Assembly (NCBI GenBank): GCA_046757025.1
Contig: JBHHXN010000168.1
Coordinates: 1 to 11,230, forward strand
Source: a bacterium
GTDB lineage: Bacteria; Zhuqueibacterota; Zhuqueibacteria; Oceanimicrobiales; Oceanimicrobiaceae
DNA length: 11,230 nucleotides
Direction of reading: 5' to 3'
Positions 6,696 through 11,230 of this stretch are shown piece after piece (position 1 is the stretch's first letter; the number at the start of each line of letters is the position of its first letter). Below the pieces are notes generated by a model. The model ran no database searches. It saw only the letters and a program-made list of their open reading frames with translations, and was not told where the DNA came from. A program made the position numbers and the translations under genes.

Positions 6696-7187
6696 ATGCG
6701 AATATTTTCATGGCTCCCATTTTTAGTCGTGGCGCTTTCCACAGTCATGTGTGCGGCAAGTCGAACAGCATCCAGCGTTGGACAATATACCACGGAAGTG
6801 GGATTGGCCACAGAATTCGACGCCGTGGACAAAACCCGCCGACTGCTGGATCGCCACCACTATGAGCTTTTTCGCGAAGAAAACGACGCTTCGGGCATCT
6901 ATTTCGAAACCCGCTGGAAAGAAAGACAACCGTTTGAGGATGAGTTGTTTTTAGGCATCACTGCCGCACGCACCAGATTGATCATTCGCGCTCGGCCTAA
7001 ATCCCGCTTCGGTACCGGCATGTCCGTGAACTACCGCATCAAATTTTTTGCTGAAAATGAAGTGTTGACGCAAGCAGCCGGAGAATGGACCCGCGAGCCC
7101 CTGTCAACAGAGCTGAAAAATTATCTCAAAATGATCGCCAATGAATTTAAAACTGAATTCAAAACCGGCGGCTTGCGACGGTACTGA
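6696..7187 (+). CDS. Hypothetical secreted protein, probable lipoprotein
   Basis: 163 aa with SD AGGAGG at 6684-6689 and an ATG start. The hydrophobic N-terminus MRIFSWLPFLVVALSTVMC has Cys19 in an atypical lipobox. The mature part looks like a compact alpha/beta domain. No family is recognised with confidence. Confidence 0.85.
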   Translation: MRIFSWLPFLVVALSTVMCAASRTASSVGQYTTEVGLATEFDAVDKTRRLLDRHHYELFREENDASGIYFETRWKERQPFEDELFLGITAARTRLIIRARPKSRFGTGMSVNYRIKFFAENEVLTQAAGEWTREPLSTELKNYLKMIANEFKTEFKTGGLRRY

Positions 7188-7257
7188 GTCAACTCGATGT
7201 CGAAGATGCTGCGAGACAATTGAGGTAGCTCTCTTTTGGAAGTGAGGGATAGATGAA

Positions 7258-7285
7258 GAAGATCGAGGATAGAGGATTGAAGGTC
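7258..7285 (+). repeat. Degenerate heptamer tandem repeat (GARGATN x4)
   Basis: GAAGATC GAGGATA GAGGATT GAAGGTC, with a further related AGGGATA at 7245-7251. Confidence 0.65.
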
Positions 7286-7354
7286 TAGACTATCTTTAGC
7301 CGTTGTTCTAAAACTGGCAAGCGACAAGTGAATTCTGGTTTGTGGTTTGTTAAC

Positions 7355-7438
7355 TTCGAATATCTTCTTCAGCTCTTTCGCATCCGGCACATCACCAACA
7401 ATGGTGATAAGCTTAACAAATTTTGTACAACCTCTTCC
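7355..7438 (-). pseudogene. Possible internally deleted remnant of a small thioredoxin-fold protein (MTH895 / redox-active disulfide protein 2 type)
   Basis: The minus-strand frame reads GRGCTKFVKL-ITIVGDVPDAKELKKIFE. This resembles the family N-terminal GxGCxKCxKL (second Cys TGT changed to TTT) fused to its C-terminal GxVPxxxEIKKxL. An in-frame TAA lies just upstream and there is no proper start codon. Confidence 0.3.
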
Positions 7439-7543
7439 GGTTTATTTTTGGTAAATGACCGCTGAGTTGAAGATTTTTAATAAAGATTTCTATTCAATTT
7501 GAAAGATAAGCTAATTTCTTGTGACCTGATGAATCGAGCAACC

Positions 7544-8635
7544 ATGCCAGATCGACCAATCGCTGTTTCCCACATTATACGAATTTGTTTGTTAATTTTA
7601 CTCACCAGCGCCTGCCAGCAGCGGGGTCGCTGGTCACAATTTTCATCTCTCAATACAGCTCGTTACCTGCACACAGCCACTATGTTACCCGACGGCAAGC
7701 TTCTGATTATTGCAGGCGATGGGGAAAAAAGCCGTCTGGCTGATTGTGAGATCTTCGATCCGGAAATCCAGTCCTGGAAAAACGTAAACGCGCTTTTCAC
7801 AGCGAGAAGAAACCATTCGACCATCCCCCTTCCTGACAACCGATATCTGGTGATCGGCGGCTTTGGCGACAAAGGACGAATCAGCAACTGCGAAATTTAC
7901 GACGCGGCTTCCGATATCTGGTCGCCGGCGAATCCCCTGCATTTCGTTCGGGTCTCGCATACGGCCACGCTGCTGCCTTCCGGTGACATTCTGGTGGTGG
8001 GCGGTAAAGGCCGGGAATCTCTGGCAAAAAGCTGTGAAATTTTTAATCCCCACACTGGCGAGTGGACACTCACCGATTCACTGCAAACCGGCCGTATGGC
8101 CCACACCGCCACCCTGCTTGCAGACGGCCGGGTGCTCGTGGCCGGCGGTTTTAATTTCGACACCAACCAGAGCGTTGCAAGCTGCGAAATTTATGATCCG
8201 GTTTCAAGGAAGTGGCAGGTGGCCGAGCCGCTGAATCACCTCCGCGACGGCCACACCGCCGTTTTGTTGAACAGCGGCAATATTCTGGTGGCAGGCGGAA
8301 TTGGTGCTGCCGGCAATTTGAAATCGTGCGAGGTGTGGGAAGCGGCCAGCGAAACCTGGCGGGAAACCGCGCACCTGCAGCAGCCCCGAGACGGTCACAC
8401 CGCCACCCTGCTCACCGACGGTCGCGTCCTGGTCACCGGCGGCCTGGATGGCAACAATTTTCTGGCCGCCTGCGAAATCTACGATCCGGCAAGCGAATCC
8501 TGGCAGTCCGCCCCCTCCATGCACAGCGCACGCTCCGGACACACAGCCACGCATTTGAAAGGAAGAAAAGTCCTGATCATCGGCGGAGGGCGGGAAAGTT
8601 CTGTTACTAATAGTTGTGAAATTTTCAGTTATTGA
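7544..8635 (+). CDS. Kelch-repeat (seven repeats, beta-propeller) lipoprotein
   Basis: The frame is open from TTG 7499. ATG 7544 is preferred because it gives a normal signal peptide MPDRPIAVSHIIRICLLILLTSA|C24; ATG 7529 is an alternative. There are seven repeats of about 48 aa with consensus R-x-x-H-T-A-T-L-L-x-D-G-x-V-L-V-x-G-G...C-E-I-Y-D-P...W. Confidence 0.93.
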   Translation: MPDRPIAVSHIIRICLLILLTSACQQRGRWSQFSSLNTARYLHTATMLPDGKLLIIAGDGEKSRLADCEIFDPEIQSWKNVNALFTARRNHSTIPLPDNRYLVIGGFGDKGRISNCEIYDAASDIWSPANPLHFVRVSHTATLLPSGDILVVGGKGRESLAKSCEIFNPHTGEWTLTDSLQTGRMAHTATLLADGRVLVAGGFNFDTNQSVASCEIYDPVSRKWQVAEPLNHLRDGHTAVLLNSGNILVAGGIGAAGNLKSCEVWEAASETWRETAHLQQPRDGHTATLLTDGRVLVTGGLDGNNFLAACEIYDPASESWQSAPSMHSARSGHTATHLKGRKVLIIGGGRESSVTNSCEIFSY

Positions 8636-8684
8636 TTATTTCATTAAACCTGCAGTAGAAATTGCCACCAGAACTTCGAGAGAA

Positions 8685-8733
8685 GAAGATAGAAAATGGA
8701 ATATGGAAGATAGAGGGTAGAAGATAAAAGATA
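8685..8733 (+). repeat. Degenerate heptamer tandem repeat (GAAGATA x7)
   Basis: GAAGATA GAAAATG GAATATG GAAGATA GAGGGTA GAAGATA AAAGATA in exact 7-nt phase. Confidence 0.8.
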
Positions 8734-8838
8734 GAACAGGGAGCGGCAAATCTTTCATTCCATTGCAGCGATTGAAGCAGGCTGTTTGATTTCGACACCT
8801 AACTTCTAACTTCATCACTTAAACATGGGAAACAAACC

Positions 8839-11181
8839 ATGAAGCCGGCCAGACGATCCATACTTACTATACTTTTTCAAATATTATTTCTTATAGTAAT
8901 GGGCCTTTTCTTTGGCCAGACTGAGGCCCGGGCACAGGGCAGAATCAGTGGCTTTGTGGTCGATGAAAAAACCCGGAAGCCGCTGCCCGGCGCCAACGTC
9001 GTCCTGCTGGAATCAGAAAGTGGAACGGCCACCGCTGCGGACGGAAGTTTCGAGCTTCTGGACGTGGCAGAAGGTGTGTACACCGTTCAGGTTTCTTTCA
9101 TTGGCTACAAAACTCAGCAACGAAAAAATGTCGCAGTCACGCAAGACTCAAATATTGAAATCACGTTTAACCTGGTGGAACAGCCCATTGAACTGCGCGA
9201 ATTTGTGGTGACGCCCGGCTATTTTTCTATCAAACGCTCAAATCCGGGCAGCCAGCAAATTCTTACCCGCGACGAATTAAAAAGCGTGGCCCTTTACGGC
9301 GGCGACGTTTTTCGCGCTATCACGCGGTTGCCTGGCGTGACCGGCAACGACTTCTCTTCTAAATTTGCCATTCGCGGCGGAAAAAACGAGGAAGTGCTGG
9401 TGCTGTTCGACGGCCTGGAATTGTATGAACCGTTCCATCTCAAAGATGTCGGCGGCGGCGTCATGAGTATCATCGATATGGAAGCCGTTGGCCGCATCGA
9501 CCTCATCACCGGCGGCTTTACAGCCGAATACGGCGACAAAATGAGCGGCGTATTCAACATCCATTCCCCGGCCGCACCACAAAATCGTGCTTCTGTGGGA
9601 ATCAGTCTGATGAACGCACGCCTTTTTGCGCAGCGGCATTTCAGCGATCAGAAAGGCCAGTGGACGCTGTCGGCGCGCCGCGGATACCTCGACGCCCTCA
9701 TGAAAGCGACCGGCAATGACAAAGAATTTTTACCCAATTACTACGACCTGTTTGCGAAAATCCAATACCAGTTGGGCAAGCGTCATTCCCTGTCCGCTCA
9801 CTTCCTGCGCGCACACGACACGTTTAAATTTGTGGACGACGAAGACGATGAATCTGACACCGGTTACGGCAGTACCTACGGCTGGCTGAATTTTAAATCC
9901 TTTATTACTCAAAAACTGTTTGTGCAATCGACTTTTTCCGTGGGCAAGGTGGATCAAAACCGTGAGGCACTGGTGCTGACTGAGGAAAAAGCCGTGCAGG
10001 AAACGGTTTCCGATCCACGGGATTTTTCATTTTACGGCTTGAAGCAGGATTGGAGTTTTGAACTGTCTAAGCGATTTTTCATCAAATGGGGGCTGGAGCT
10101 AAAAAAGGTCAAAGCGAACTACCGCTACACAAATTTGAACTGGCAATCCGTCACTTCTTCGGCCACGGGCGCCAGCATCACGGTGGTTGATTCCACGTTC
10201 ATCAAATTGCAGCCGGGCGGTCACCAGTTTGCTGCTTACCTCAGCGACCGGGTGCGAATATTTTCGCCGTTAACTGCAGAGGTGGGACTGCGTTACGATT
10301 TTCCCTCTTACACCGGCGACAAGACCTGGAGTCCTCGAATCAATCTGGCTTTAACCCTTGGCAGCCGCACCGCCATAAAAGCCGGCTGGGGACGTTTTTT
10401 TCAATCGCAGAGCATAAACGAATTAGCCGTGCAGGATAACGACGAAATTTTTTATCCGGCGGAATTAGCGGAACATCGCGTGCTCGGCATCGAACACGTA
10501 TTTGGCAACGACGTGGAGCTGCGGGTAGAAGCCTATCAAAAAAAACTCAGCAATATTCGTCCCCGCTACACTAATTTGATCGGCACACTGGACGTCTTCC
10601 CTGAACTGTCCGGCAGCCGTGTGCGGGAAGTGCCCGAACACGGGGAAGCAAAAGGCATCGAAATCTACTTAAAACAGGATAAGGGCGGGAAATATAGCTG
10701 GTGGATAAGTTACGCGCTTACCTCGGTCCAAGATTTTATTTTGTTCCGCGATGTTCCCCGATTCGTTGATCAATCCCACACTCTGGACCTCAACTTCAAT
10801 TACAAACCAAACAAAAAGTGGCGCATCAACCTCGCCTGGTTGTATCATACCGGGTGGCCGTACACGGAAATGACACTGGGTCAAAAAAATGTGGAAGTCG
10901 GTATGAATACCGTTACCGTTTTTTTTCTGCAGGCCGGAAAACTGCGTGAAAAACGGTTGCCGGCGTATCACCGACTCGATTTGCGCGTTAGTCGAATGTT
11001 CCCATTTTCAAAAGGCGGTCTGGAAATTTTTATAGAAATGATCAATACTTACAATCGCTCGAATTTGAAAAACTTCGATTACGCGATTGTGAACGTGTCC
11101 GAAGATTCAGCCCGTCTGGATAAAACCGAAGACAACTGGCTGCCCATTTTGCCATCTGTGGGCCTAACCTGGGAATTTTAG
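8839..11181 (+). CDS. TonB-dependent receptor with N-terminal carboxypeptidase-regulatory-like domain (non-SusC type)
   Basis: 780 aa with a signal peptide ending ARA|QG. It has ISGFVVDEKTRKPLPGANV...VSFIGYK, the TonB-box-like EFVVTP, a plug (RLPGVTG...IRGG...VLFDGLELYEPFH...GGFTAEYGDKMSGVFNI), barrel motifs GLRYD, SPRINL and LPAYHRLDLRVS, and a C-terminal GLTWEF. It lacks the SusC signature. Confidence 0.95.
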   Translation: MKPARRSILTILFQILFLIVMGLFFGQTEARAQGRISGFVVDEKTRKPLPGANVVLLESESGTATAADGSFELLDVAEGVYTVQVSFIGYKTQQRKNVAVTQDSNIEITFNLVEQPIELREFVVTPGYFSIKRSNPGSQQILTRDELKSVALYGGDVFRAITRLPGVTGNDFSSKFAIRGGKNEEVLVLFDGLELYEPFHLKDVGGGVMSIIDMEAVGRIDLITGGFTAEYGDKMSGVFNIHSPAAPQNRASVGISLMNARLFAQRHFSDQKGQWTLSARRGYLDALMKATGNDKEFLPNYYDLFAKIQYQLGKRHSLSAHFLRAHDTFKFVDDEDDESDTGYGSTYGWLNFKSFITQKLFVQSTFSVGKVDQNREALVLTEEKAVQETVSDPRDFSFYGLKQDWSFELSKRFFIKWGLELKKVKANYRYTNLNWQSVTSSATGASITVVDSTFIKLQPGGHQFAAYLSDRVRIFSPLTAEVGLRYDFPSYTGDKTWSPRINLALTLGSRTAIKAGWGRFFQSQSINELAVQDNDEIFYPAELAEHRVLGIEHVFGNDVELRVEAYQKKLSNIRPRYTNLIGTLDVFPELSGSRVREVPEHGEAKGIEIYLKQDKGGKYSWWISYALTSVQDFILFRDVPRFVDQSHTLDLNFNYKPNKKWRINLAWLYHTGWPYTEMTLGQKNVEVGMNTVTVFFLQAGKLREKRLPAYHRLDLRVSRMFPFSKGGLEIFIEMINTYNRSNLKNFDYAIVNVSEDSARLDKTEDNWLPILPSVGLTWEF

Positions 11182-11230
11182 TGCGGCTTAGAGCCAATTC
11201 CGTTTCCCGATAATTCAAACGGCTGCGCAC

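Noticed and set aside
7121..7390. 89-aa minus-strand ORF as an intact gene
   Set aside because: It runs through the heptamer array and overlaps the end of ORF 6696. Only its first residues look protein-like, and these are treated as a possible remnant.
7544..8635. Galactose oxidase or glyoxal oxidase call for the kelch protein
   Set aside because: The protein ends after repeat 7 with no C-terminal Ig-like domain and no recognisable Tyr-Cys/Tyr-His copper-site pattern.
7663..11230. Alternate-frame ORFs over the kelch and TonB receptor genes (e.g. 7863-8234, 8212-8610, 9277-9639, 10669-10971)
   Set aside because: They overlap well-supported genes and have Arg/Pro-rich, off-frame composition.

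Overview
The window holds five same-strand (+) cell-envelope genes. In order they are a SusC/RagA TonB-dependent transporter (801-3959), its SusD/RagB lipoprotein partner (4130-5656) closed by a strong terminator, a small secreted or lipoprotein hypothetical (6696-7187), a seven-repeat kelch lipoprotein (about 7544-8635) and a second, non-SusC TonB-dependent receptor (8839-11181). Strong AGGAGG Shine-Dalgarno sites suggest a non-Bacteroidota host such as KSB1 or Calditrichota (inference). No CAZyme, protease, regulator or transposase gene is visible. The most unusual content is intergenic. Upstream of susC there are a sigma54-like promoter, tandem palindromic sites and a candidate four-way-junction leader RNA. 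At 5847-6460 there is a stack of at least four unrelated, partly nested REP/MITE-like palindromic elements. GARGATA heptamer arrays bracket the kelch gene, and a possible internally deleted small-thioredoxin remnant lies just upstream of it. All calls come from reading by eye; no searches or folding programs were run, and no complete new system is demonstrated.
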